64,000 nt of DNA from a virus. Its lineage: Duplodnaviria > Caudoviricetes. The position numbers and the translations under genes were made by a program. Position 1 is the stretch's first letter. Each line of letters opens with the position of its first letter. The DNA lies in IMG/VR virus record IMGVR_UViG_3300028175_000001, one strand, 5' to 3'. Shown here in pieces: positions 48,707 to 58,983 of the stretch. Below the pieces are notes generated by a model, which had not been told where the DNA came from, searched no databases, and saw only the letters and a list, made by a program, of their open reading frames with translations.

Positions 48707-48735
48707 ATGGTATCAAATTCTGAAAATAGTGTCAA
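48707..48735 (-). promoter_or_regulatory. Sigma70-type early promoter
   Basis: TTGACA-17bp-TACCAT with ATTTGA before the -10. Confidence 0.7.
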
Positions 48736-48747
48736 GACATTTTTTGG

Positions 48748-48960
48748 TTATATTTGGACCAATGAATCTCTCCAATCAAAACCGCTTGTGGGAATAGTGT
48801 GCAATGGCATGTAATGACCGGTTTTAACATCCCAAGCATCATCAACACAGTTTGGTTTATTTTCATAACAAAACCAGTTATGGTCCCAATCCATGGCCGC
48901 AAAATTCATATTATATTTTGTAAGTTTATCGACTACTTGTTTTTTGATATTAGCTTTCAT
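48748..48960 (-). CDS. Hypothetical protein, paralogous to 7492..7734
   Basis: AAMDWDHNWFCYENKP...WDVKTG. Confidence 0.65.
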   Translation of the reverse strand: MKANIKKQVVDKLTKYNMNFAAMDWDHNWFCYENKPNCVDDAWDVKTGHYMPLHTIPTSGFDWRDSLVQI

Positions 48961-48962
48961 AA

Positions 48963-50183
48963 TTATTTTTTGTTATAAGGTTTTAGTACATTTATGTATA
49001 TACTATTTGCAATTTCTGTCATCATTTTTGGAGCCACCATACGACCTAATCTTTCTGCCTGTTGATCATAATCTCCAGTCAAAATAAAATCTTCTGGTAC
49101 TCCCATTAACCGTTTAAATTCTACTATAGTTGGTTTTCTATTTTCAGCATAATGAAAAACACCAGATAATCCTTTTTTCTGACCTTGTTGTGTTAAAGTC
49201 GGAGAAGGAAGATTTGGTGCTGGTCGAATCATATTAAAACATGATCCCTTTGGATTAAATTTATGAAATTGTTTATCTGAAGGTTTAAGAGGTTTTTCTG
49301 GATTAAAGGGTAAAAAACTTAAAAATTTCTTTTGAAATGATCCCTCAACATAATCTAAAAGCATTTTTACTTCTTCTGGATCATTTTCAATATCTTCAAA
49401 TGCTTCCTTCATAGAAACATGCTTTGAAACTGTTTTGGAAGGAAAAATGCCATTTATGTTCATAAAATTAAGACCAATTTTGGATGCAACATCTTTTCTC
49501 ACACATATAAAAATTGTTCTTTCTCTTGCTTGAGGTGTTCCAAAATCAGCGGCATTCAAAACTTGATACGAAACTTCATAACCTATTCGTTCAAAATCAT
49601 TAATAAATTCCAAAAGTTTCTTCTTTGACTCTCCGAAAGTTATTCCTTTTACATTTTCTGCTACAATAACTTTTGGTTGAATTCCTTTAGCAATACGTAT
49701 ATATTCTAAAAATAAATCTTCAATACCTTCTTGTGTTTTATTTGAATATTTTTTAATTCCGTCTTTTATTTTTTTTTCACCGGTTTGTATTACTGTACCC
49801 GTATCAAAATCTATTTCTGTATGTGTAGTATCTTCTATATAACCAGTCCAACCTTTATTTCGTTTTCCAGAAAGCGAAAACGCGGAACAAGGAGGAGAAC
49901 CATCAAGTAAATCTAATTCACCAACTTTAATTCCAGCCAATTCTAAAAAATCATCCGATGAATATTTTTTAATATCATCTACTAAAACTTTTGTGTCGGG
50001 AAAGTTTGCTTTATATGTCTCAATTGCTTCTTCAACAAATTCATTTATTAAAAGTATATTTGCACCAGCAAGTCTATAACCCGTAGAGCTACCTCCGCCA
50101 CCAGCAAAACAACTTATGACATTAAACAATTTCTCAGATGATTTTTCTTTAACATCTTTTGTATAATATTTTTGATAATTCAT
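48963..50183 (-). CDS. dcm: C5-cytosine DNA methyltransferase
   Basis: FAGGGG (I), GSPPC (IV), ENV (VI), QARER (VIII); start trimmed to MNYQK, ATGA overlap with the upstream gene. Confidence 0.93.
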   Translation of the reverse strand: MNYQKYYTKDVKEKSSEKLFNVISCFAGGGGSSTGYRLAGANILLINEFVEEAIETYKANFPDTKVLVDDIKKYSSDDFLELAGIKVGELDLLDGSPPCSAFSLSGKRNKGWTGYIEDTTHTEIDFDTGTVIQTGEKKIKDGIKKYSNKTQEGIEDLFLEYIRIAKGIQPKVIVAENVKGITFGESKKKLLEFINDFERIGYEVSYQVLNAADFGTPQARERTIFICVRKDVASKIGLNFMNINGIFPSKTVSKHVSMKEAFEDIENDPEEVKMLLDYVEGSFQKKFLSFLPFNPEKPLKPSDKQFHKFNPKGSCFNMIRPAPNLPSPTLTQQGQKKGLSGVFHYAENRKPTIVEFKRLMGVPEDFILTGDYDQQAERLGRMVAPKMMTEIANSIYINVLKPYNKK

Positions 50184-51022
50184 GCAAAAAACCCTTCTAT
50201 GCTTGTACTTGTAGTTTTCCAATCTCTGACTAAATCCATTATTCTACTTCTATTATAGATGTTAATTTCTTTATTGTCAAGGAGTTTTTCAAAATAATTT
50301 GGTATTCCTGCGGCCAACTGTAAATTCAGATGATTTCTTCTCTTTATTTCTAGCAATTCAGGAAATGCATTAAACAATGGCGCTTTTTGATATGGTTTAT
50401 TAAAAAAATTCCAATCATACTCTATCATCCAGTCCCAGACCTTCTTATCGATGTATGGAGCAACTAAAGTAGAATCTATAGTTTCTGCTAATAACATTTG
50501 TTGTTTCACTCCTACAGGGTTTCCTGGAGTGAATTTTTGAGATTCTTTATCAAGTTTACCAAAATAATCATTTCTAAAAACATCAAACAATTCTTTAGTG
50601 TGTTTATAATGAATATTTGCACGTTTACTTACTCCATAATAACCATCAGCGGCCCATCCTGTTAAAATGTATTTTTCTTTTATGTGAGGATAAACATATA
50701 AAAAGGGAAATGTACATTCTACATGAGTTTTCTTTTTACATTCATATTTTTTAATCAAAGTAAAAAAATCATTTTCAATATTATCAACTGGAACATCTAT
50801 AAGTTTAAAATTCCAACCAAAATGATCACATGCTTTTTTTGCATAGATACTATCCTCAGAATCTTTTCCATCAACCCGAAACGTATAGCAATTTAGGGTT
50901 TTATTTAATCTATGCGCCGCTATGGCAACTGTCAAACTATCTGTACCACCAGACATTAATACCGCAACGGTTTGATCGGGTGCTTCTTGATCAATAATAT
51001 CCGTGATAATTTTATCAATCAC
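50180..51022 (-). CDS. Asparagine-synthase-like PP-loop ATP pyrophosphatase lacking a glutaminase domain
   Basis: LMSGGTDS PP-loop, TGWAADGYYG, APYID; GTG start. Confidence 0.75.
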   Translation of the reverse strand: MIDKIITDIIDQEAPDQTVAVLMSGGTDSLTVAIAAHRLNKTLNCYTFRVDGKDSEDSIYAKKACDHFGWNFKLIDVPVDNIENDFFTLIKKYECKKKTHVECTFPFLYVYPHIKEKYILTGWAADGYYGVSKRANIHYKHTKELFDVFRNDYFGKLDKESQKFTPGNPVGVKQQMLLAETIDSTLVAPYIDKKVWDWMIEYDWNFFNKPYQKAPLFNAFPELLEIKRRNHLNLQLAAGIPNYFEKLLDNKEINIYNRSRIMDLVRDWKTTSTSIEGFFA

Positions 51023-51143
51023 GAAAACCTTCGCCTTTTAAAAGATGTTGACAACGATGCCAAAAAACACCCCACATTAACTCAGGTAACGAATCTGCAG
51101 TATAATCACCAACATCTTTAATTACTAGTTTATATTTTGCCAT
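51015..51143 (-). CDS. Hypothetical protein (42 aa)
   Basis: Manual translation MAKYKLVIKDVGDYTADSLPELMWGVFWHRCQHLLKGEGFRD; overlaps both neighbours. Confidence 0.55.
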   Translation of the reverse strand: MAKYKLVIKDVGDYTADSLPELMWGVFWHRCQHLLKGEGFRD

Positions 51144-51678
51144 TTTTAGTTTTTCTTAAAAGGGTTTTCATTTTTTTTCTTGCTTGTTGCATATGAATTT
51201 GACTGGCTCTATCAAAAAACGTATAGCCATTTAAATGATCATATTCGTGCAAAATTACTCTTGCAGAAAGACCAATAAAATTTCCATTATATGGTTCACC
51301 ATCTCTATCTCTCCAATTAATAGAAACCCCGCTTGGTCTTGCTATCTTAGGAAACAAGCCAAACCAAGTAAGACATCCCTCTTTCATCAAAGTTGTTTCT
51401 TCTGTCGCTTCTATAACTTTAGGATTAAACATAATCAAAGGCTCACCTTCGTGTAACATTGCAAATGCTCTACAATTAATGCCTATTTGATTAGAAGAAA
51501 GACCCAATCCTTCATGATGTGTCATATTTTCAAGTAATATCTCTTCTAGTTCTTGAGCATTTAATGTGTGTAATATTTTTTCATCATCAAAATACGTTAC
51601 TTTATTAGATTCAAAATCAAATTCGTCTAGTTTGGTTTCTATTAAAGGATGCACTCCATCTACAAGTTCTAAGATCAT
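51130..51678 (-). CDS. def: Peptide deformylase
   Basis: GLGLSSNQIG, EGCL, HEYDHL. Confidence 0.95.
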   Translation of the reverse strand: MILELVDGVHPLIETKLDEFDFESNKVTYFDDEKILHTLNAQELEEILLENMTHHEGLGLSSNQIGINCRAFAMLHEGEPLIMFNPKVIEATEETTLMKEGCLTWFGLFPKIARPSGVSINWRDRDGEPYNGNFIGLSARVILHEYDHLNGYTFFDRASQIHMQQARKKMKTLLRKTKNGKI

Positions 51679-53390
51679 TGTACGATTCTACTAAAATTTT
51701 TAAATTTTTCAAATTTTATAACATGTTTAAATTTATCATAAAGAATTTCACCTTTATGACTTATCACAAATACATTTGATTCGCCGCCAAGAGAATGTAT
51801 TATTTTTAGAAAATCACTTGTTCCGTCTTCATCAAGAGAACTATCAAAGACTTCATCTAGTATGAGTAAATTTGTACTCATACTATTTTTCAATTTAGCA
51901 ATAGTTCTCCAGGTAAAAAGCAGGGCCAAATCAATACGCATTTTTTCGCCTTCACTAAATGAAGCATATGTAAATATATCACGAAATCTTGATTTGATAG
52001 TTTCCCCAAAATTTTCATCTAAATTAAAAGAAATATAAAATTCCATTAATGTCAAATATTTATTAATCAGATTATTCATAATTGGTAAATATTTTTTAAT
52101 AATTAAAGTCTTAATACCATTGTCTTTAAGCAAAACACTTGCTGTGTCATATACTGAGTGTAAATTGCTATATTGTTCTTTTAATGACAAAAACTTTTTA
52201 TGATCTAATTTTAATTCTTTTAATTGTATTAAAGCATCAGAAACATCTGCTCCCTTTTCATTTAATTGATTTATTTCTTCATTTATTTTTTCAATATATT
52301 GATTAATAGCGAATATTGACGCATTGTACTTTGTCACGGTGCTTTGTATTTCTGTAATGTTTTTTTGAGTAAGTTGCATTTCAGAAATTGAATTAAAAGA
52401 CGAGGTTATTTCTTTTCCTATCTTAGATATCGCTTCGTTTAATTTGGTTTTCTTATCTTCTTTCAAGTGTATTTCACACGTTCTATGCTCATCATCAATT
52501 GTTTGGTTACAAGTCGGGCAATCAGAATTTTCATTATAAAAATTTATTTCTTTTTCAAGTTGTTTTAAATTTTTTTCAATATTATATTGATATTTTTCTA
52601 ATTTTTGATGTTTAACGTGTATCTTATCAAAATTGCAAATAAGTTTTTGAAGAACAGAAATATCTTTATCACAAACTGCAATCTGTGAATTATATTGTTT
52701 TATTTGATTATTGGATTCTTTAATGTTTTTTTGATTACTCGCAATTAATTGTTTATTACTTTTTTTCATTTTTGAAATATAATCTTCTTGCAATTCTAAA
52801 GCATTTTCAGTTTTTGAAAACATTAATTCATTTTGATATTGTTCATTTTTCAAATTAGAAATTTTACCTTTCAACAATAAATTCATAGTAGAAAATATTT
52901 GAATACCTAACAAATCCTCAATGATCACTCTGCGGTCACTTGCTTTAAGTTGCATAAATGGAATAAAAGATGTACTACCGAGAACTACAATCTGAGTAAA
53001 CGATTTATAATTTAATTTGAGAATATTTTTTTCAAGATGTTCTTGATAATCTCTTGTTTTTGAATCTTGATTTATCATTTTTCCATCAACTTCAATTTCA
53101 AATATGTTCGGTTTAATACCTCTACGAACAATATAATTTTTTTTACTGATTGAAAATTCTGTTTCAATAAGACAATTTCTATCATTAATTGAATTGACAA
53201 TTTGTGACTTATTAATATTCCGGAATGCTTTTCCAAACAAACTAAAAGTAAGAGCATCTAGTATAGTAGACTTCCCAGATCCATTTTCACCAACCATTAA
53301 TGTTGTTGAATGTTGATTTAAATCAATTTCGATAAAATTTTGACCAGTGGAAAGGGTGTTTTTCCATCGAATTCTATGAAAGTTTATCAT
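51675..53390 (-). CDS. 46: Recombination exonuclease ATPase subunit (gp46, Rad50-like)
   Basis: GENGSGKS, CPTC hook, FSEGEK, ILDE, ISH. Confidence 0.95.
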   Translation of the reverse strand: MINFHRIRWKNTLSTGQNFIEIDLNQHSTTLMVGENGSGKSTILDALTFSLFGKAFRNINKSQIVNSINDRNCLIETEFSISKKNYIVRRGIKPNIFEIEVDGKMINQDSKTRDYQEHLEKNILKLNYKSFTQIVVLGSTSFIPFMQLKASDRRVIIEDLLGIQIFSTMNLLLKGKISNLKNEQYQNELMFSKTENALELQEDYISKMKKSNKQLIASNQKNIKESNNQIKQYNSQIAVCDKDISVLQKLICNFDKIHVKHQKLEKYQYNIEKNLKQLEKEINFYNENSDCPTCNQTIDDEHRTCEIHLKEDKKTKLNEAISKIGKEITSSFNSISEMQLTQKNITEIQSTVTKYNASIFAINQYIEKINEEINQLNEKGADVSDALIQLKELKLDHKKFLSLKEQYSNLHSVYDTASVLLKDNGIKTLIIKKYLPIMNNLINKYLTLMEFYISFNLDENFGETIKSRFRDIFTYASFSEGEKMRIDLALLFTWRTIAKLKNSMSTNLLILDEVFDSSLDEDGTSDFLKIIHSLGGESNVFVISHKGEILYDKFKHVIKFEKFKNFSRIVQ

Positions 53391-53559
53391 AGTTTAATTT
53401 TAATATTTCAATTATTTTTGTTTGGAGAAAGAGTACTTTAGTGTATGCTATATCTCTGTTGCTATAATGACCATGTTTATTTGTCTTGGCAAATTCTTTT
53501 TCTAACACAAATAATTTATCAAGTTCACTCTTCAGTAAGAAATTGAGGCGTTGATTCAT
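53374..53559 (-). CDS. Small hypothetical protein
   Basis: Overlaps both neighbours; start uncertain. Confidence 0.35.
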   Translation of the reverse strand: MNQRLNFLLKSELDKLFVLEKEFAKTNKHGHYSNRDIAYTKVLFLQTKIIEILKLNYDKLS

Positions 53560-53725
53560 TTTCAGCATTATATTTTGAATATTTCATCGTTTTTTTGAAA
53601 ATATCATTAATATGATCATTTAAAGTTATATTTTTTTTATGAGCGTCTAATGCTATTTTTATAAAAACGTCATCATCTAACGCTAATTCTATTTCTTTTG
53701 TTTCTTTTTTAGGCCGTGATTTCAT
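53525..53725 (-). CDS. Small hypothetical protein (ribbon-helix-helix-like)
   Basis: IELALDDDVFIKIALDAHKKNITLND. Confidence 0.6.
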   Translation of the reverse strand: MKSRPKKETKEIELALDDDVFIKIALDAHKKNITLNDHINDIFKKTMKYSKYNAENESTPQFLTEE

Positions 53726-54785
53726 AGTCTAATGCTTCATTATAGAGTGTTCTTATTAAAGTGTCAAGTTCTTTTTTATCTTTTTGTATGTTTAATGTAT
53801 CTATATAATTACTTAAAATAGTGAGAGTGTCTTCAGCTTCATCAATAACTGAATCATCATCTTCAAATTCAAGATCAATATTTTCCACAACTGATACATT
53901 TACTGCTTCTGCTTTATATAATTCATCCAACATTGTATCAAACCAATACGGATTTTGTTTTTTTACAACTACAACTTTGACAATAGTTCCTGTATATTTT
54001 TCATATTGTTTTTCTTTAATTGATTCAAAGGTTTCTTTAGTGTCATCATAATAAATTTTATGAAACATGCGATAAGGATTTTGAATAAATTCCAATTCTC
54101 TTGTTTTAGTATCAAAAATATGAAATCCTCTTGAATCATTATAATCAGCCCAAGTTATTTCATAAGGATTACCTAGATAAGTAATGCTTCCCTGCGTAGA
54201 TTTATGATGAAAATGCCCACTATATACTAAGTCAAATTTAGAAAACGTGTTCATATCAACCCCATAATCACACACCTGATTGTAATTCATTAAAAAACCA
54301 TTAATTTCAAGATGCCCCATCATAATTTGCGAAGATGTTTTTTTGATAGCATCCATGCATTCTGTATAATTATCTGAAGTAATCCAAGGCATCATTATTA
54401 TTTTAGTACCATCAAAATCCACTTCTCTAGGACTAGAATATACCCATGGTTCATAAAGACCATCTGATGTTGAAAATAATTCAGTCATTGAATTTATTTC
54501 ATTAGTGTTTTTGTAAAAAATATCATGATTGCCAATTATGAAATGAGTGTCAACGCCCATTTTCCACAAGCGGTCCACAAAATTTTCTCTTAAATCATTT
54601 GCAGTTTTAAAATTGATATATTTTCTTCTGTCAACAACATCTCCTAAATGAATACATGCTTTAATATTATATTCCTCAATACGAGGAAAAAAAACATTAT
54701 CATAAAATTTACGAAAATAATTAGAAAATATCACATTATCATTTCTAGCTCCGAAATGAGTATCCGTTATTAATGCTATTTTCAT
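53709..54785 (-). CDS. 47: Recombination endonuclease (gp47, Mre11-like)
   Basis: DTHFG, HLGDVVD, GNHD, SGHFH. Confidence 0.95.
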   Translation of the reverse strand: MKIALITDTHFGARNDNVIFSNYFRKFYDNVFFPRIEEYNIKACIHLGDVVDRRKYINFKTANDLRENFVDRLWKMGVDTHFIIGNHDIFYKNTNEINSMTELFSTSDGLYEPWVYSSPREVDFDGTKIIMMPWITSDNYTECMDAIKKTSSQIMMGHLEINGFLMNYNQVCDYGVDMNTFSKFDLVYSGHFHHKSTQGSITYLGNPYEITWADYNDSRGFHIFDTKTRELEFIQNPYRMFHKIYYDDTKETFESIKEKQYEKYTGTIVKVVVVKKQNPYWFDTMLDELYKAEAVNVSVVENIDLEFEDDDSVIDEAEDTLTILSNYIDTLNIQKDKKELDTLIRTLYNEALDYEITA

Positions 54786-55351
54786 ATGTAAACTGTTCCT
54801 GATTTTGAAAATATTTTATTTTTGGGATCTTCTTGAGATTCGTCTTCTTTTTTCTGTCTTTTTGCAAATCTCTTTTCTTCGAAATCCTCTATAAATTTAG
54901 ATATGGCAAGTCTAGAATCAGCAGAACCTATTAAATTCAAATATTCTTTATTATCAGAATCACTGGTCTCTATATGGTCTTCAAGGTGCGATAATCTATC
55001 CATTTCTTTGTATTTAATATATAAATTCTTTTTTTCTTTTTGGATTCTTCTAACAAATGCCCAATAAATTATCTGAGTAAAATATGCAAAGGGGTTTGTT
55101 GATTTTTCTGGATTAAAATTATTAACATATTGAAGACAATTTTCTATACCATCAGAAATCATGTCTTCTTTAAATGCATAATTTATAAAATTTGGTCTAA
55201 AAGAAAGTCGTTGAGCTATAAGTAAAAAACATTCTCCCACATAATCTGGAACGGGAGGAATTTCTATATTTTCTTTCTCCGCAGTACTGATTTTTTCTTT
55301 ATACTCAATCATAGCTTTAAGAAAATCTGCATTATTTATATAATTGGCCAT
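54782..55351 (-). CDS. 55: Late transcription sigma factor (gp55)
   Basis: RPNFINY...MISDGIENC...NPFAYFTQI..AFVRRIQKEKK. Confidence 0.96.
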   Translation of the reverse strand: MANYINNADFLKAMIEYKEKISTAEKENIEIPPVPDYVGECFLLIAQRLSFRPNFINYAFKEDMISDGIENCLQYVNNFNPEKSTNPFAYFTQIIYWAFVRRIQKEKKNLYIKYKEMDRLSHLEDHIETSDSDNKEYLNLIGSADSRLAISKFIEDFEEKRFAKRQKKEDESQEDPKNKIFSKSGTVYI

Positions 55352-55394
55352 TATTTCTCCGTGTTATGTTAAAGATCAAAAAATTCTTACTTTT

Positions 55395-55424
55395 ATAATA
55401 ACATGAATATATGATATTTGTCAA
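55395..55424 (-). promoter_or_regulatory. Sigma70-type promoter upstream of gp55
   Basis: TTGACA-18bp-TATTAT. Confidence 0.55.
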
Positions 55425-55438
55425 GTTTTTTATTGGAA

Positions 55439-56923
55439 TTAAGAATTTATCGGAACAGTTATAATAGTATATTCAAACTGTTCTTCATTATAAAGTTTTA
55501 TTCTTTCTACAAAATGATTTAACGTATAATTTTTATAGTTTTTATAAGAAAAATCATCTGCTATATCGTATAACGTAGCTATTTTTTTCGATTTATTTTG
55601 TCTAAGACTTCTTCCTATACTTTGTAAATTTCTTATTCTTGATTTAGAGGGAGAAGCAAAAATAATATTATGTAAATTGGTTATATTGATACCAGTAGAA
55701 AATGTACCATAACTCGCTACAACAATAGCATTTGTTTCATTTTCAACAGCTTTTCTAATATTTTCTCTATCAGTTGTTTCTGTTCCACCATATACAAAAA
55801 AGACTTTTCTTCCATCTTTGGCTTTTTCTTTTATAAGATCATACAGAATTTTTCCATGATTTTCCACCATTTGAAAAAGAATCAAAGTATTAGTATTTAA
55901 ACTTATTGCAAGATTTCGAATGAATTTGTTTCTTTTTTCATTTGAAATAATAACATCGATTTCTTCTTTATAAGTATAAGACTTAATCTGTTTACGCATT
56001 TCTTCAGGATACTGTAAAACTAAAGACTTAATTCGAAAGGGAGAAAGTGTTTTTTTATCTATTAACTCGTTTGTAGTGGTTACTAGATGAGTTTCTCCGA
56101 ATAACCCTTCTAAAACTAATTTATGAGTTAATGTTCCATCTAAAGTTCCAGTTGTACCAAATTTATATTTTGTATTAATTGTTTTTTCCATTATAGACGT
56201 AAGAGATTTCGCTTTAAAAAGATGAGCTTCATCCCCCAGAATAAAATCAAAATCAGCATAATAACTAATATTCATTTTATATAAAGATTGCCAAGTAGAA
56301 ATATAAATAGGTTTAGATGATATTTTATCTTTACCTGCATAAATCTGATGAACATTTTCTGAGGCATTCCAATTATCTGGTTTAGAATAATCTGCAAAAT
56401 CACTCGTCATCTGTGCTACTAAAGATGTTGTGGGAACAATTATTAATGCTTTAAAATTTGGAAATTTTTGTTGATAGTATCTTAAAAGCAAATATATTAT
56501 AAAAGATTTACCAGATGCCGTAGGAGAGAGAAGTAAACATCTTTCATGATTTATTGCATATAAAAACGCATCAATTTGATAGTCTCTAGCCCGAATATCC
56601 AATACAAGACTTTTGACAAATTTTTCATAATCTTCATTGTTGTAATTGTTTAAACTTTTAGGAAAACTTTTATATTCTATTTTATATTGTCTGTCTCGTG
56701 TAAATCGTAGTAAATGATTTAATAATCCAATATATAATTCTTTTGATCTTAAATTATAAAGTCTAATTTTTCCATCCCACATTTTGTTTTTAAAGGATGG
56801 CATAAACCTATAGCCAGGAATAAAAAAAGTAAAATATTCGCTTATTTCTCGTTCAATACCAGGTTCTGATTGAACCAGCATATGTACTTCATTTTTTTTA
56901 TCTATTGAAATTTTTTCTATCAT
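55439..56923 (-). CDS. uvsW: UvsW SF2 helicase
   Basis: SPTASGKS, GDEAH, GTTGT, QSIGRSLR. Confidence 0.95.
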   Translation of the reverse strand: MIEKISIDKKNEVHMLVQSEPGIEREISEYFTFFIPGYRFMPSFKNKMWDGKIRLYNLRSKELYIGLLNHLLRFTRDRQYKIEYKSFPKSLNNYNNEDYEKFVKSLVLDIRARDYQIDAFLYAINHERCLLLSPTASGKSFIIYLLLRYYQQKFPNFKALIIVPTTSLVAQMTSDFADYSKPDNWNASENVHQIYAGKDKISSKPIYISTWQSLYKMNISYYADFDFILGDEAHLFKAKSLTSIMEKTINTKYKFGTTGTLDGTLTHKLVLEGLFGETHLVTTTNELIDKKTLSPFRIKSLVLQYPEEMRKQIKSYTYKEEIDVIISNEKRNKFIRNLAISLNTNTLILFQMVENHGKILYDLIKEKAKDGRKVFFVYGGTETTDRENIRKAVENETNAIVVASYGTFSTGINITNLHNIIFASPSKSRIRNLQSIGRSLRQNKSKKIATLYDIADDFSYKNYKNYTLNHFVERIKLYNEEQFEYTIITVPINS

Positions 56924-57515
56924 CTCTTAACCAGACTTTTGAAGCCGCCCAAACATTATTCGGCAAGATCCAAACTTCTTTAAATTTTTCACCCACTGCT
57001 CTTGCTACATCTCCCCAATTATAATCATGGCCCATAATTAAACCGTCTTCTTGTACTATTGGTGTCCAGCAATTTATATCAGTTTTAACACTTTCATAAC
57101 TATGATCACCATCTATAAATACAAAATCAATAGATTCTTTCTCAAATTGTTTTGAAGCATTATCAGAACGATCTATGATCAATTCAAGATTTGGGAATTT
57201 AAGAGATTCTTTTAATACCTGTTTTTTAAGTATATTTAAAGATTCATCATTATATTCTTCATTTATGCGTTGTTCATATAACGTATTGTCTGGTTGTACT
57301 TTATAAGGATCGACACCGTACATTTTTAGTTGTTTATTTCCCTTATCCAACAAACTAAACATGTTTTCGCCGTTATTCACTCCTATCTCCACACCTATTT
57401 TATAATTAAACTGAGTGATCATGATGTTTATTACGTCCCACCTTGCCCAATAGGCAGGATAAGCGAATTGAACGCCTGTTTTTATTAAATCTTTCGGTTT
57501 TGGATTTTTGTTCAT
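56898..57515 (-). CDS. Class I SAM methyltransferase (Methyltransf_24-like)
   Basis: VEIGVNNG, VFIDGDHSYE, GHDY. Confidence 0.85.
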   Translation of the reverse strand: MNKNPKPKDLIKTGVQFAYPAYWARWDVINIMITQFNYKIGVEIGVNNGENMFSLLDKGNKQLKMYGVDPYKVQPDNTLYEQRINEEYNDESLNILKKQVLKESLKFPNLELIIDRSDNASKQFEKESIDFVFIDGDHSYESVKTDINCWTPIVQEDGLIMGHDYNWGDVARAVGEKFKEVWILPNNVWAASKVWLRDDRKNFNR

Positions 57516-58555
57516 TTTAATAATTTAGCCCATTTTTTAATAATTATATCAGAATCGAATTTTTTTAAGTCAACAACTGTTTTTCTTTTTTCAATATCCA
57601 CAGTCCAATCATAAATATCATCTATAGTTGTATTTTTTCTAATAAACATGTTATTTTCATCTGTTAATATTTCCTCAGCCGCATCTGATTCATATGTTAT
57701 TACAGGTACTCCTAAGTTATTTGCTTCTAAATAAACAAGACCAAACGTTTCTTGAGGCATTCCCACTCTAAAAAGACATGCGGCATTAGCTAGAGTTTTT
57801 AAAACAGATTCATAATTTAATTCTCCTAAAAAATGAACAGGATAATTGCTTTTATTAACTTCTTCGATTAAATCTGTAAATATTTTCACGTCTCTTTTTT
57901 GTTTTTGAGGAGGACAGCAAACATAAAATGGCCTTTTCATACCTTTATCATAAAGAGCGATATAAACCATCAGTGCTTCTTTAAATCCTTTACCAAAAGC
58001 ACTCATCCAAAAAAGATAATTTCCTCTTTCATTTTTCGGTTTCTGTTTATCCGCGCCTTTAGGAAGCATATAATGAATAGTTTGATCACCTTTTACTTTT
58101 TTACCTTTATCATGAACATAGTTTTTAAGTGCATCTGATAAAAACAATCTAGGAACTTCTTCATGGCAAGTTGTCCAATTATGCAACCAAATATAATTTT
58201 TATCTCCGCTATTATTTTCTAAAGGCGATAATACTTTAATATGGGGATTAAACATTTGATAATGTTTCCAAGTATTACCAATATAACTAATTTGATTACA
58301 ATTTATCCTTACTCTTGATTTAGCATAAAAATGTCTATAATAATTTAAATGTTTTACATTGTTTATTATTTTATCAGTTCCATCTGTTAAAGAATGCACC
58401 AATCCAACATTGAAATTTTCACTGGCTAGTTTTTCTGCAACAGTCAAAACTTGTCTCTCTGTACCGCCCATAGCTCCCCCATCAATTTCAAACAATTGAG
58501 GTGAAATTATTAAGTAATCATAACTCATTAAGCTCCTGAAGTGAATTTTCTCCAA
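57512..58555 (-). CDS. GT-B (GT4-like) glycosyltransferase
   Basis: GGTERQ, ETFGLVYLEANNLGVPVI (EX7E). Confidence 0.85.
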   Translation of the reverse strand: MEKIHFRSLMSYDYLIISPQLFEIDGGAMGGTERQVLTVAEKLASENFNVGLVHSLTDGTDKIINNVKHLNYYRHFYAKSRVRINCNQISYIGNTWKHYQMFNPHIKVLSPLENNSGDKNYIWLHNWTTCHEEVPRLFLSDALKNYVHDKGKKVKGDQTIHYMLPKGADKQKPKNERGNYLFWMSAFGKGFKEALMVYIALYDKGMKRPFYVCCPPQKQKRDVKIFTDLIEEVNKSNYPVHFLGELNYESVLKTLANAACLFRVGMPQETFGLVYLEANNLGVPVITYESDAAEEILTDENNMFIRKNTTIDDIYDWTVDIEKRKTVVDLKKFDSDIIIKKWAKLLK

Positions 58556-58971
58556 TCAATTATATTCTTGATCAAAAAATTTCTGTTAACAACTGTTTTT
58601 ATAATTGATTCTAAATAATTTATTTTTTCTTTTTGATATTCGATTTTTTCTTGCAGAACAATCATGTCTTTATCAGAATATAAAAATCTATCTAAATCTA
58701 ATTTATTTCTAGATTTAATATCTAATTCGAACGGATCCCAATTCATCTTATCTAAAGTGATTTTATCAAGTTTGCCTGTGTAATAAAGCCATTTTAATTT
58801 AGACAGTTCTTTCTTTCTCGACTCAAATTTTACAAGTCTCAATTTTTCTTCTGAAAAAATTTTAAAATATTTATTGTGAAGTTCGGGTATTCTTTTTGAT
58901 TCTGTGTCTAGTTGTATATCATCTAAAACACAATCACTGGTCCATAATTCTTGAATGTTTTCTAATTTCAT
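58528..58971 (-). CDS. uvsY: Recombination mediator UvsY
   Basis: IPELHNKY...KWLYYTGK...IKNIIDWRKFTSG. Confidence 0.9.
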   Translation of the reverse strand: MKLENIQELWTSDCVLDDIQLDTESKRIPELHNKYFKIFSEEKLRLVKFESRKKELSKLKWLYYTGKLDKITLDKMNWDPFELDIKSRNKLDLDRFLYSDKDMIVLQEKIEYQKEKINYLESIIKTVVNRNFLIKNIIDWRKFTSGA

Positions 58972-58983
58972 TATACCTCATAA

